Assembly: GCF_032062105.1 (NCBI RefSeq)
Contig: NW_026926647.1
Span: 186,001 to 250,000, forward strand
DNA: 64,000 bases
Reading direction: 5' to 3'
Source of the DNA: Saccostrea cucullata
Taxonomy: Eukaryota
Shown here: positions 1-13,118 of the stretch, one piece after another
How the letters are laid out: every line of letters begins with the position of its first letter
How positions within the stretch are numbered: position 1 is the stretch's first letter
Position numbers and translations under genes: made by a program
Notes under the pieces: generated by a model
Seen by the model: only the letters and a program-made list of their open reading frames with translations
Told to the model about the DNA's origin: nothing
Database searches by the model: none

Positions 1-210
1 CAAGATCAGGCTTATTGATAAATGTAACAACAAATCGATAAATTCCAGTAGCAGGTGCCCGAAATATTCCATGTCGTGGGTCATATGCCCCGCCCTCGTT
101 TAAGATGATTTGATCGAATTCCATTCCTTGCTGAGGTCCAAATATTCTTCGGCTTACTCCCAAACAGGCTGTAAAGGCGACAGGAAGTGTTCGATCGAAT
201 GAAGTATTGT
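1..210 (-). pseudogene. C1qDC globular-domain exon 2 (type B copy), truncated by the window edge; pairs with the disabled leader exon at 1272-1415
   Basis: Acceptor ...tacttacag at 211-212. The phase-1 frame is open: NTSFDRTLPVAFTACLGVSRRIFGPQQGMEFDQIILNEGGAYDPRHGIFRAPATGIYRFVVTFINKPDL, near-identical to the 13119-13531 exon. Confidence 0.8.
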
Positions 211-1271
211 CTGTAAGTATTTAGTAAAAGGAACAGTTTAAAGAGATAAAAGAAAATTAAATTCTAGGATATTAAATTTTTAAAATTTTTTATAGAATTG
301 GAAAAAGAACCAAACAGAAATGGTACGGTAAGTAAATGTTTAGCAAAAAAAATAAACATTTTGGACACACATAGGATCCATTAAGGTCTGCTACGAAATA
401 CGCAAAATTGGGGGTCGTAACATAAGGGATACTTAATCTTATACCATACTTATATAGGACTTAAGCGCAGTCTTAAACTCAAGACCGTAACGAAAAGCGA
501 GCCTAGATCTTAGCAAAATTTAGGCGTTCGGAAGAGGTGACTTAAAAGTATGTCTTAACATTTTCATACGCATATTTAAAAATTATACATTTACATCAGG
601 CGTTGCCACCTTGTCATATGTGACATGTGATTTTTTGGATTTTATTTTTCGATATTAAGGATAATTTTTAACAGAATTTTCATACAAAATATGACCTAAC
701 TAAAATTGAAAAAAAGACGTCAATTTATATATCATAAAAACATGTAACTGAATATATATTATCATGCAGGTATACCAACTGAAATACTAGCATGATTTAC
801 GAGAAAAATGTGAAGTAATTTTGACTTAGCTAAGAACTTGCTAGGTTCGTTTTATGTTACGGTGTGAAATATATTTAAGTATCATTTGAGTGAGATTCAG
901 GATCAAAGTTGTTAAGAAAAACAGTTTGATTTTTAGATTTTTTAATCTACTAGGTCTAAACGTTATTGGTTGGTTGAATGTTCAAAGGAAAAGGTTAGTT
1001 AGCAGTAAAGTCGGCATAATGTTCTCATCACAACTTAAAAAAAGAATAGAATATATAACAGATGTCATTTAATGTTAATTTAGGTAATAAGGAAATACTT
1101 GCAATACTTCTTGCACATAATATTGAGTGATATGCAACTTTTTATTTTACAAATCTGTATTCAGAGTGCTTTATAGACGATTGGAACAACTCTGGTTCAT
1201 CAGAATACAAATCACAGTATTGATGTTATCTTTTCTCATGAAACTTAACCATGTAGCCCAAAACATCTTAC

Positions 1272-1415
1272 TGATCTGATCTTAACCTCCAGTGCTTGCA
1301 ATCTTTGCTGCAACATCCATAATTCCCGTCGGAGTTCCACTACCTCTGTTGATCCAACTATCGACACATTAAGTGAACAGCTACAGACAAGAAATGTGGT
1401 CAAAAAGAAAAACAT
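1272..1415 (-). pseudogene. C1qDC leader exon 1 (type A signal peptide + coiled coil), splice phase disrupted
   Basis: Reads MFFFLTTFLVCSCSLNVSIVGSTEVVELRRELWMLQQRLQALEVKIRS|GTAAG, homologous to 19393-19540. The ancestral ATG is now ATA (1422-1424). A GATCA duplication before the donor makes it phase 0, incompatible with the phase-1 exon at 210. Confidence 0.75.
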
Positions 1416-2099
1416 TCTATATATTGTTATGGAAGTTTCTTTTGTTATAGTGCATTTACATCAAAGGCGATGATCGAGTCAATCTTTAGACTGAATATGC
1501 CCTAGAACAGTTATATCTTATCAAACAAATGTATAACAAAGCCTGCACAGGTTTATCTTAATATAGGTTATTTATACATTTTTACTGGTAGGCAGTTTGA
1601 TCACGATGCGATTTAAATTTTCAATGGAGAGGTATTTGCAACCGAAAAATTAATATGAGTTATGTGTTAGCATATATATGTAAATCATGGAATGCATTGG
1701 CGTCAAAACAATTCTTTCTACATCTCATAGGACTGTTTACAATTGTGAAAATGTATCGTTTCTGGAGGCAAAACTTTACATTAAGAGTAAAAAGATTACA
1801 ATTTAAGATTCATTGATTTAACCGGTGTCATGCAAGAAATGATTGTGTCATAAGTATTTCATTTAAGAAAGACTTTTTACAAGTTAAAGTTACAATGAGT
1901 TTACTATTTCAACTTTCTTATTTTCCATAATTTTTTTTTTAAAAAATATTCTTTCAATGTCCTCTCTGATGGATACTTATTTGGAAATTCTAACTGAATT
2001 TTTTGTAACAAATAATCCTTCATTCACCAAATCTTAATCTGAAGGTATGATACATATAATGGACAGTCCTCAAACTGATAAGTCCATTAAAACAATACT

Positions 2100-2337
2100 C
2101 AGGCGCGGATCCAGGAATTGAAGTTAAAGGGGGCGCCAAATTTAGGTAAAGGGTCTGGGGGCCGCCTTGAGGTCCCCAGTGGGTCCAGAAGCTCCTGGAT
2201 TCTAGAGATTCTGTAGGGTAAAAAAGAGGTCTACCAAGTATACATATTTATATTTTCTAGACGAAACTGTGATTTACGTAAATTTTGAGAATTTAGGGGG
2301 GTGTGTGTGTGCCCCCCCCCCCTTAAATCCGCCACTG
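2100..2337. mobile_element. Short non-autonomous DNA element (MITE) with CAG..GCGGAT-type termini
   Basis: Imperfect TIRs CAGGCGCGGATCC / AAATCCGCCACTG. Absent from the paralogous flank at ~7531-7560. Confidence 0.7.
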
Positions 2338-3370
2338 AATTACTAATTGCGCGTAGAGCATTAATTGACCTCCAAATATATCAATGGTGTTATCGTGTGT
2401 CCTAATGAGGTAAATGTCCCCTGCTGACCTTTTACATTGACCTTGTACGTTTTGTTATGCTCGGGTAAATGGAAAAAAGAAATCTGTAGACATTTGATAG
2501 TGAAAAAAAATGTGCCTTCAGCTAGTCTAAAATGTCAGAATGCATTCCATTTGATGCCAAAAAAAAATAAGCAAAATTTGTCTGAAATGTTCATTTTCTT
2601 CATTTTATTCTATTAACTCATTTTTGCTGCAGTTGTATCTATATAATTAAAGTTGAGAAGTTGAACAATCAAAATATATAGTTCTACAGATCCAAACATT
2701 GTAAGAACATTCTATTTATACCATCTTTCTTTTTTTTCATGCTTCGGGTATTTTTCTTATAGTACATGTGTATATGCATACCGTCTATGAATGGTACATG
2801 CATCCATAAATTAGCAATAGATTTTAATCCTTAAGGTTTTATTTAATTAACTGAAAACGATTTGAAACAATCCTATGTGCTTTGGAAAGTTTTGGAAAAT
2901 TGCATTACGACATCCGTGTTTAGGTCATGGTGAATGCACATACATCCAAACGAAAATACACATAGTACCTAAAAACTAAACTTTTTTTGGACAAATATCT
3001 TCTATATATATCGTCTTTTTAACGATACTTCTGCATGTCAATAGGGCCACTTTTGTCCAAACCTGCTTCAAAGAACCCCTGTGTAATGAGGATTTTAAAT
3101 TTTCTAAAATGAAGAGGAAATGACCGTACGTACAACTGATCTAAAGTGTCACATTGGGTGTTGGAAGACATATGAAAATATGAAGTAAAATCATCAAAAA
3201 TTTTATTTGCAAAAAAACATCACAGAAATGATATATCATAGTTCCCTTTCTAAGGAAGAAATTCTTCAAAATCATTCGCCAGTTTTGAATATTTTTTAAG
3301 ATCCAAATAATCCAAAATGAAATGAACTACCATGTCTATATTAGATTACGAAACTTCATGCCAATCCTTA

Positions 3371-4093
3371 CAAACGCCATCTTTTACGATTTCAATCCAG
3401 GCTGTTTGGTGCTGCACAGTGACGAAGGCAACAATAAACTGGTATACACCGCTAACAGGTGCCCGAAATACCCCATGTCTTGCGTCATATGATCCTCCTT
3501 ATAATCCTTAAGGATTACACGGTCGAATATGATTGTCTGATTGGCCCGAACACTCTCGGTAAGGAATATCCAAGACACGAACGCAATTAGCTGTCTGTTT
3601 ATTGCCCTTGTTTGCACTTAATGAAAAATAAATCATATTGCGTATAAACAATAAATAATTGTAATTTTTTTACGTGAATAAAGAAAATGATAGATTTGTA
3701 CTTAAACACTATTTAAACACTTAAACACACAAAAGTGTGATTTACAAATTAAATATACAAATTTAAGTAGACTAGTTGAAATAAAAATTGAAAAAAATAT
3801 TACTTTACAATTTTATGAAAAGGATTTTGTCTCATCATACAGAGAGTACACGATTACATCATAGATAGTTTTATATATATACATATTTAGGTTAAATTTT
3901 CATAACAAAGGATACTTACATTTCATTATTTTCGACTGCATGGATCTCAATGTAGAATTCAGTACTGCTACAGTCGACTTCAGGTCATTTAAGTCCTTTG
4001 ATAATTTCACAATATCGGTATTCAGGTCTGCTGATGTGTAAACAGGTTCACAATTACAAAAGATATTGATAGGATAAGTTGTTATAAAATCAT
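3371..4093 (-). pseudogene. C1qDC type C pseudogene (exon 1 3920-4093; exon 2 remnant ~3371-3616)
   Basis: Paralog of 9261-11368. Exon 1 reads ATG ATT TTA TAA (stop at codon 4). Exon 2 has frameshifting indels and lacks its 3' half; homology stops near 3371. Confidence 0.85.
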
Positions 4094-4366
4094 GATTGAA
4101 TCTTCCGGTATCTCAGTTAAGAAGAAAGTAATATGTTGATAGGCAACTTCTATTGATAAAAAAAAAATCTTCGACGTTGACTCAGATTTCCAAAGAAATG
4201 TTTTAGTTCTAGGTTGATTTTGTTATGTTATCTTATTTGATCTATTTTGAGAAAACGTTATCTTTATGTATCCTTGTTCAATAACAGTTCACATTCATAA
4301 ATCTATTAGAAAGGATTAGCAACGCTAAAATGAACCATGCTTTAGAATACTTTGTTTTCAAAGTGA

Positions 4367-4433
4367 AAAAGGCACCGCCGAAATATGGCTGAAATATCAC
4401 CGACTCGGCGTTAAACAATATACAAATAATCAA
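4367..4433 (+). mobile_element. 5'-truncated SINE 3' tail with 9-bp target-site duplication
   Basis: ...GCTGAAATATCACCGACTCGGCGTTAAACAATATACAAATAATCAA flanked by TCAAAGTGA at 4358-4366 and 4434-4442. Empty site in the paralog at ~11991. Confidence 0.7.
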
Positions 4434-5415
4434 TCAAAGTGATAGACATGTCATTATTAAAACAATTTTCTTTAATTATTTCTGGATTTACTTCTTAAAC
4501 AATAAATACATACATTTGATGATTATATCTCGAATTAATTATTTATTTTTGCGTTTAACAAACATCCTGAAAATTGATTAAATTCCTGTTTGAAAAATGT
4601 TTTCGAAGTTTGCATCACAAAAGTAGTTTTTTTCTCTTTTACATTTGTATTCAATATTGTTCTGATGTTATTGGCACTGGTTAGACACAAACAAATGTAT
4701 TCGAAGTAAATAGCGACTAGTATGATCCTTAAAAATATAGTATACCGGTATATAGAAGATAAAATTTATAAAAGGAATAATTATATTAACGTATTTATGT
4801 AAGAAAAAATCCCCTATTTTTGCTCTGTTTATTTTTTCATAACGTCGAAGCCATAATAATCCCTTTCAGCGCTTGAAATCGAAATGATAAAACAACATAT
4901 ACTGGAAATAAACATTATTTTTTATATACTCATATGCCATTATGAAGTACATATGTTAAAAACTTACCGTATATACTACTCCGATCAGCCTGTCCTCTAA
5001 TAAATACATTTGTTAATTAATGAGCCCACTGCTGACCTCAGTTAAACTATATAATATATTGAAAAAAACCACTTAATTTTTAATATTAAAACCTTAACTA
5101 TTTAGTTTTACATATGAAAAAAATATATATACAAATATATTCTATGACTCGAGGAACGATAATTAACATTGATGTTATAAATTTGTCAAAAGGAGACAAA
5201 CAGTTTCATGCACAAAGCATTTTCTAGTTTAAGTAGATCTCTATTTGTCATAAAAATAATAAACTTTGCCTTCGATATACATCATCTTCTTATACCCAGG
5301 CCGTATTCTCCTACAATTTTAATCTTCATAACTAACATTTCTTTTACCCGTATAATAATTCTTTAACATTTATAATGCAGGTACATGTTTAATTCTAAGA
5401 CTATTCATCGTATCA

Positions 5416-7062
5416 TTAGATTTGAAACCCAGAGAAACACGAATATTTTCCATCAGGATGTAATGTGATAGAGGTTGTGGAAAATGCATTTCTACACCAA
5501 ACATCATCACCAGACTGCAACTTAACGTTTACTTGCGCTGTCCCTTCACTGTGTTGACGGTAATCACTATAAGCGTGAGTAAGAAGAACTCCATCCTTAA
5601 CAATCTCTACAAAGGCTTCATGATCAGGCTTATTAAGGAATGTAGCAACAAATCTATAGATTCCAGTAACAGGTGCCCGAAATATTCCATGTCGGGGGTC
5701 ATATGCCCCGCCTTCATTTAAGATCACTTGATTGAATTCAATTCGTTGATGAGGTCCAAGTGTTCTAAGGCTGGATCCCATGCAGACTGTAAAGACAATG
5801 GGAAGTGATGACGTATTGTCTGTAAATATTTAGGAAAAAGAACAATTTAAGTCAATTTAAGAAAATTAAATACATATGTATTTGGAAATAAAATTTTAGG
5901 AATTCATATAATAGAAATAGAAAAAAAAACCCACAAACGAACCAACTGAAATGATGTAGTAATTTCATGTTTAGCAAAATATGAACATTTTTGGAACGGA
6001 TGCATGGAAAAATGCTATATGTTTTACCTGTTTTAACTTAAAATAAATTTTCAATTACTTATAATTAAAAGCTTAAAACTGTCGATTTATTCACCGAAAG
6101 GCTGGTACATGTAACCCACGTAATGAACCCTCAAAATCAAACTATAGCATGATTTATGAGAAAAATTGTGAATTAAGTTTGACTTAGCTAAGACATCACT
6201 ATGTTAAAAACTTTATTTTATCTTACGGTTTTAAACATATTTAAGTAGTACTTTGACAGGCTCTAGGATTGTGCCTAAAACAAACGTATGACCCTATGTA
6301 AGTCAAAATCTTAGCAAGCTTTATGTTACGAGCCCCTGGACAATTAAGATGACATTAAAATTGAGTTATGAGTTTGTATCGTGAAATAGTTGAAATTTAA
6401 CTAGCATATATTTTTTTTCAGTCAATAGTATGATTTACCCATCTTCGAAGTACAACTCTCTGGCTCGGTGATTATGGTAAAATCCATACCGGGGGTACAT
6501 TTTTATACTTTATGTCTGTCATTTTGATAAATAACACAAAATCAAAGGTATAACCTAAAAAAATGTTTAATAAAGTTATGTAAATTTAAGTGAAATTCAG
6601 GATAAAAGTTGTTAAGTAGAATAATTTTATCGAAATTGAGGAAATTTGTAGAGAAATAAACGTTAAATTGTGCGTTTTTCTATACTCATATATTGGTGAA
6701 AGTTTAAAAAGTATATAACCGAATTCATTCTTATACAAAAAAAAAAAAAAAAAAAAAAAACTTTCCATCATTTAATTTGCAAAGTTACAAATATTGATTC
6801 AGACCGTTTTAAAGACGATTGGAACAACTATGATTCATTCTAATATATATAGGCCTGGGTTTTGTCGCCATATTTTTTCTCTTAAACCTAAACATACGTA
6901 TAAAGAAAATCTTACTGTTCTTAGCCTCCAGTGCTTGCAATCTTTGCTCCAACATACGTAATTCCCGTCGAAGTTCCACTACTTCTGTTTGTCCACTATC
7001 GACACGTTAAGTGAATAGATACAGGCAAAAAATGACGACAAAAAGAAAACTATTCCATACAT
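5416..7062 (-). pseudogene. Chimeric C1qDC locus: frameshifted type A leader exon (6916-7062) plus intact type B C1q exon (5416-5819)
   Basis: Exon 1 MYGIVFFLSSFFACIYSLNVSIV has a 1-bp deletion relative to the 1272 and 19393 paralogs, giving ...VDKQK*. The phase-1 donor AAC A|GTAAG is kept. Exon 2 (acceptor 5820-5821) is open through ...YSCFSGFQI*. Confidence 0.8.
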
Positions 7063-8157
7063 TGTTGTGGGTGTTTCTTTTGTCATAGTGCATGCACTTC
7101 AACGGCGATAATCTAGTCAATCTTTAGACTGAGTATGCTCTAGACAGTTTTATCTTATCCAACAAATGTAAAAGAAAACTTAAGTTTTATCTGGACAGGT
7201 TTATTATAATATAGGTCGATTATAAATTTTTTATTGAAGGGTTATTTGCAATGGAAAAATTGATATAAGCAATGTCTTAGCATATGTACAATGTATGTAA
7301 AGTAGCATAATATAGAATATGCTTAGCGTCAAAACAATCTTCTAGGACGGTTTGTAATAGCGAATATGTATCGTTTCTGGGGTTGGGGGGTTACATTGAG
7401 AGGAAAAAAATACGAATTAAGTTCCCTTGATTTAACCCGTGTCATCCAAGAAATGATTGTGCTATAAGTATGTCATTTTATAAAAACAATTGACCATTGC
7501 TCTGTAGTCATATAATGCTCGGAAATCCACTGAAACAATACAAATTCAAAGTAGAGCATAAATGACCTCCAGAAAGATCAATGGTGCTATCTGTCCTGAG
7601 GAGGTAACCTGTATTCCCTGCCAAAGGTTTACACTTACCTTGTACATTTTGTTATGATCGGGTAAATGAAAAAAGACAAATCTGTAGACTTTTTATAGTG
7701 AAAAAATGAACCATCATCTAGTCTAAAAAATGTCAGTATGCATTCCAATTAATGCAAAGTTGTATCTGCTTGCAAAATTAGCGTATAAAAACAGACAAAA
7801 TAAGCACAATTTGTCCGAATAGTTCATAACCTTGTTTCCTTCTATAAACTGTATTTTTGCAGCAATATGATAGCTATCTTGTTTAAGTTGAGAAGTCGGG
7901 CAGACATTCGATAACTATTTTTTTTTAATATCTATCACACACTGTCTTATCTCACTGAATCAATGCATTATCTTTTATGACTTAAAAAGGTTACGAAGTC
8001 AATCAGCAAGTACTCTGATTAAGCATTGGTATATACTATTAAATTGTATGATATCAATAATATAAAAAAAATCAGTAATATATATCGATAAAACAGTTTT
8101 GAAAACAGTCATAGGTCTATAAATGCACTATTTCTGTATATAAATATTCTCAGTTCT

Positions 8158-8430
8158 CGAATGGCGCAGTGGTTACGGATTGAGTGTCTGCTCTAGAATT
8201 GCAAAGGAAGGATTACGTTGATCGTTAAGTCACACACAGTAGGACATGAAGACCGGTCCTTCGGATGAGACTGTATAAAACGAGGTCCCGTGTCGTAGTA
8301 GGTACTGCTCAATGGCCGTATATACCGATTAAAAAACAAAGTTATGCAGCTCTCCACGTATAGGCAAGTGGTACGTGGTGTCTCCGTATGAATGAAGAAT
8401 TTCCGAGAGGGACGTTAAATTGCATACAAT
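8158..8430 (+). mobile_element. tRNA-derived SINE with Meta-type core
   Basis: A-box-like TGGCGCAGTGG, core GGTCCTTCGGATGAGAC..AAAACGAGGTCCCGTGTC, tail GAGAGGGACGTTAAA. The same family is inverted at 30128-30297, with a tail fragment at ~17640-17690. Confidence 0.7.
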
Positions 8431-10147
8431 AAAAATTCTCAGAAAATCATGTTGAGAAATGCGTATTGCATAATATTATTTTGAGAAATCATTGAATCTG
8501 AAATATCTCAGCTATGTTAAGAAAGGTCAGAGTTCACATTCCTTGTAAACAGTGTTGGACGTTTAATTGTGACGTCATTAAAATTTAACAAGAAACAAAA
8601 ATTTTAGAATTAACGACATGATCATGCGTAAATAACAACTTGAATTTGTTTATTTTATCGATTATTTATAAAATCTTGTAGAATTGCAGTACTTGATAGC
8701 AATACAGTCGAGTAATAGAAGAAAGTCTTTCGTCAAATATGACATCATCAGTCTTGCCATGACGCAGCACAGGTGATCCAGAGAACTAGATTCATTGGTT
8801 AAATTATTACAAGAATGCTTAAATAAATAGGATACCATTGCTGATTTTTAAACCTAATCATCAAAACTAAAAGAAAATAATTCATTGAATACAATGTGTA
8901 TAAAATATGAATTTATCTAGTAGCAATGGATCTGCACAGGGACAAGGAATGTAGAGAATATCGCTATAACGGTGAGCGTATTCGTGATTAACATCAAGAG
9001 TGCAAGGGCATAGACTATTTTGTTTGAGTTGAAATTTGGAATATTTATTGCTTATATAGTGTATATTTTGAAAAGTGCTGGGAGCTGATCCTGGTCTGCA
9101 TAGCATTATTTCTATTTATAACAGAATTTAAGCGAAGTGGAAATTTTTAGCTATTATAAGCATTTTTGGCAAAATTTTCAGTACTTCGCAAAGAGCACTG
9201 ACTAGCTCCCAGCACTTTTTGGGTAGAGGAAATAAACATCTTTTTTATGTATATCAACTTTTATGAAAGAATATGTCCAGAAAAACATGAATACTGCCCC
9301 TCATTATGTAAGTGAGTTGCATCAGTTGTGTACGCATTTCGACACCAGACATCCTGTCCTGCTTCTACCCGTACGTTCACTTGCGCAGTTGCTGTATTGT
9401 AATCGGTCAAACCTGCCCACGAGTAAACCAGCTGAACACCATCTTTTATTATTTCAATCCAAGCTGTTTGGTGCTGCACCATGATGAAGGTAACAATAAA
9501 CTGATACACACCGCTAACGGGTGCCCGAAATACCCCATGTCTTGCGTCATATGATCCTCCTTCGTTAAGGATTACACGGTCGAATATGATTGTCTGGTGA
9601 GGCCCGAACACTCTCGGCGAGGAATATCCAAGACAGGATGTGAACGCAATTACTTGTCTGTTTGTTGCCCCTGTTTGCACTGATTGCAAAAAAGTAATAT
9701 TGCATCATAATCTATGAATATTGGCATGTTTTACTTATTGTGTGATAAATGAAAAATACATGATCCAGATTTGTAAAAAGTCCATCACACATCTCTATAG
9801 TCAAATAAAAATGTTGCTTAAAACTTAAACTAATATGTTTTTTTTTTCGGGAAAACTTATTCACGAATCAAGCGTGCGAATTGAAGCATAGATGAAAAAA
9901 AATATTATTTCACAGTTTTATGAAAAGAATAAATTATTATTCAGGCATGACTATTGTCTCATTTCAAAAAGCGAGTGAACCATAATATTAACCGAGATAA
10001 TGTATAAATGTGTATTGTTAAAAATTGTAATAACAGAGGATACTTACATTTTATGATTTCTGACAGCATGGTTCTCAATGTAGAATTCAGTAAATCCACA
10101 GTCGTCTTCATGTCATTTAAGTCCTTTGATAATTTTACAATATCGGT

Positions 10148-11284
10148 TGTTACAACGCACTTTGAAAAAATTTTTCAAAGTGCGTTAAAATTTGGGACCA
10201 AGCTAACGCACTTTGAAAAAAAAATTTTTTTTTTCAACGTGCGTTAATATCGACCATATTAACCCACTTTGAAAAAAAAATTTAAAGATTGATCAATATC
10301 CCTTCAAATGATCGGTTTGATAAATAACAGATCCTGGTTTGATAACTTTTTTATGATAAAGTCACTGTAAGACCTGAGATATTGAGGTTTTAAATATTTA
10401 AGGTTTTGATAAAATAAAAGGGAAAATTTAAGGGTCTTGAAAAAAAGAGTGACGATTGTTTAAATTCATTAATTCGTTTCTTCTTTTTTTAAATTCTAGT
10501 CTTTAATAAGTAGATGTAAAGGTGTATAGGGGCACTAACAGAGGACAGCTTCAAGCAACTTAGCATTTATCATAATAAAAAGGGGCCAATTTGATTGTTC
10601 AAAACTATGAAAATTCTTTCTCTCTCATAGGTTTACTGTACTTAAAAATTTCTAGTTTTCATCTGTTTTAATTAACTCATTTATTATTGAAAGTTTTCAA
10701 CGTCATACCAGTTAGGTAAATACATAATTCTATGAATGCTTTGTATATGAATGCTTTGAGTATAGCATAGACATCGAGACTGGGCGAAGGGCCAGGGGAG
10801 GGGAGGGGCTAAGCCCCCCACTTATTTTGGAATTATATATACATCGTATAAGCATTGAAAATGCAGCGTACCCTTTTTAGGTTTATTGCTCCCCTCCCCC
10901 GTTTGCTACCGACACCTATGGATTGGAAAGATAAAGATTTGGACTGAGGGATCTTATACCCGTCTTCTCCTCTTTTCGACGGGAGTAAATTCATTTTTGA
11001 GGTTAGGGTTAGGCTTTGTTTTTTGAAAGATAAATAACAAATAATATCTTTCCATGACTAAAATATGATATTTTTTTTCAAAGTGCGTTAAATGTCTCCA
11101 TGGTAAAATATATTGATGTAGACTCTTAACGCACTTTGAAATTTTTTTCAAAGTGCGTTGAGTTGGTCCCAAATTTAACGCACTTTGAAAAAAAATTTTC
11201 AAAGTGCGTTGATTTTATCCCAATTTTAACGCACTTTGAAACATTTTTTCAAAGTGCGTAATTTTTTCAAAGTGCGTTGCCACA
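10148..11284. mobile_element. 1137-bp non-autonomous DNA transposon, TGT..ACA termini, 6-bp TSD
   Basis: TIRs TGTTACAACGCACTTTGAAAAAA / TTTTTTCAAAGTGCGTTGCCACA. TSD ATCGGT at 10142-10147 and 11285-11290. Single ATCGGT at the empty paralogous site (~4014-4019). Confidence 0.93.
10766..10920. mobile_element. Small nested MITE inside the 10148-11284 element
   Basis: Degenerate TIRs CATAGACATCG / CGACACCTATG with G-rich and C-rich subterminal tracts. Confidence 0.45.
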
Positions 11285-11478
11285 ATCGGTACTCAGGTCT
11301 GCTGATGTGAAAATTAGCAAGTTTCCTATGTCAACAAGTGTTGACAAAATAAGTTGTAAAAAAATCATAATAGAATTTTCCGGTATCTCCGTTAAAAAGA
11401 AAAATGTAATGATGAGAGCCTATTCCTATGAATAAAAAAATCGTCGACCTAGATTATCAACTTTCCAAAGAAATGTTT

Positions 11479-11838
11479 TTATCATACCCCCCGCTTGAAA
11501 AGCGGGAGGGTATATAGTGATCGTTAATTCCGTCCGTCTGTACGTCTGTCCGTCCGTCCGTCTGTCTGTCCGTCCGTCTGTCCGTCCGTCCGTCTGTTAC
11601 GCTTTGGGGTACCCATCTCTTATCCGCAACTCCTCTCATACCACTGAATGAAATTTGATGCAACTTTCACAGAATCTTTATTACATATTGCCATTGTGCA
11701 CCTCCTATTTTACTTTTTGATCCGACGCATATTTTGGGTTTCCCGGCCACAGGAAAACATGGACTTTTTCACCAGTTATAACCATATGGAAGGCGGGGGG
11801 TATCATTTAGTGAGCTCATCGCTCACAGTACCTCTAGT
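11479..11838 (+). mobile_element. Non-autonomous Helentron (HINE/DINE-like)
   Basis: Inserted in a T-run. subTIRs ATACCCCCCGC / GCGGGGGGTAT, 5' IR CCGCTT..AAGCGG, (GTCC/GTCT)n microsatellite, 3' hairpin GTGAGC-TCATC-GCTCAC. Absent from the paralog at ~4200. Confidence 0.85.
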
Positions 11839-13118
11839 TTTAAGTTGATTTTATTTTGTTATCTTCAGTTTGATCTATTTTAGGTAAACAATCTCTTTAT
11901 GTATCCTTGTTCAATAGCAATTCACATTCATACATCTAACAGAAAAGATTAGCAACAACAAAATGCACCACTTTTAAGAATACTTTGTTTTCAAAGTCAA
12001 CGACATGTCATCATTGAAATATTTTTTTTTTTACCTTTTCAGGATTTAATTCTTAAAAATCAATAAATACATTTCATTATTAAATCTAAAATTAACTAGT
12101 TAATTTTTGCGTAGAAAATCCTAAGAATTTATTAAATTTCTGTTTGAAAAATGCTTAAAGATTTTTTTACCTTTGTACTACAAAAATAGTTTTTTCCCTT
12201 TTACTTTTGTATGCAGTATTGTTTTGATGTTATTGACACTGATTAAACACAAACAAATGTATTCAAAGTAAGTAGCGACTAAGAAGAATGGGACCCTTTA
12301 AGTACAGAATAAAAGATACATAAACTTGATAAAAGTAATGGTGATGTATTTATGTGAAAAAAATTCCAATATTTTTGCTGTTTTATTTTTTATAACATCG
12401 AAGCCATTAAACTTCCTTTCAGCACTTGAATTCGGTATTACAAAACATCATTTACGGGATTAAACTTCATTTTTATATGCTCGTGTGTCAACATAAAGTA
12501 CTTATGACAAAACCTTTAACTAACGTCTTTTCTCTGTTTGAAAAATAAAAAAAAATCTTTTGACCTTGATATAACATGAGATATAGAGTTAACGTACAGT
12601 ATTCAAGTTCAAAATCCATTTAAACAATACAAATCAAGAGCAGAGCAAATACGGACCTCTAAATCAGGGATGGGATTAGGTGCCATTGAGAATTTGGCAT
12701 CCTTTGCCGATAGTTCACCTGTTCTCCTTGTCAAGAACAAAAAAGAAGGGAAAACCCTTAGATTATTTAGTATGTAAATAACATTTTATATCTACTTCGA
12801 TCGGTCCGTCCTGAAATGAATCTATTTTTCAAAGAATGCGCCACTGCTGACCTCATTTACATTATATATAGTGTAAAAAAAAAAAACATTTGAATTTCTT
12901 TGAATATTTAAAACTTATTTATTTAGTTTTATGTTTAAAAATATATAAGAATATATCTTATGTCTGCTGTGCCTTAAATTGGATATATTCTCTTTTTATT
13001 CCAAGTTGTTTTCTTCTACAATTTCAATCTTTAAAATTATTTCTTTTCATCCGTATGATAATTCTTATACATTTATAATGCATACATAGTTTTTAGTTTA
13101 AGATTATAAATCGTATCC

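Larger units (their letters stand above)
9261..11368 (-). pseudogene. C1qDC type C gene interrupted by a transposon in exon 1 (exon 1 = 11285-11368 + 10048-10141; exon 2 = 9261-9679)
   Basis: Removing the insert and one TSD restores MIFLQLILSTLVDIGNLLIFTSADLSTDIVKLSKDLNDMKTTVDLLNSTLRTMLSEIIK, then a phase-1 GTAAGT donor, acceptor at 9680-9681, and LQTGATNRQVIAFTSCL...YSCFSGHILS*. With the insert present the frame stops after 5 added codons (CGNAL*). Confidence 0.85.

Noticed and set aside
10148-11284. Transposon spliced out as a new intron (introner)
   Set aside because: On the gene strand the element ends in ...TAACA with no AG acceptor, and it has only a weak GT near its start.
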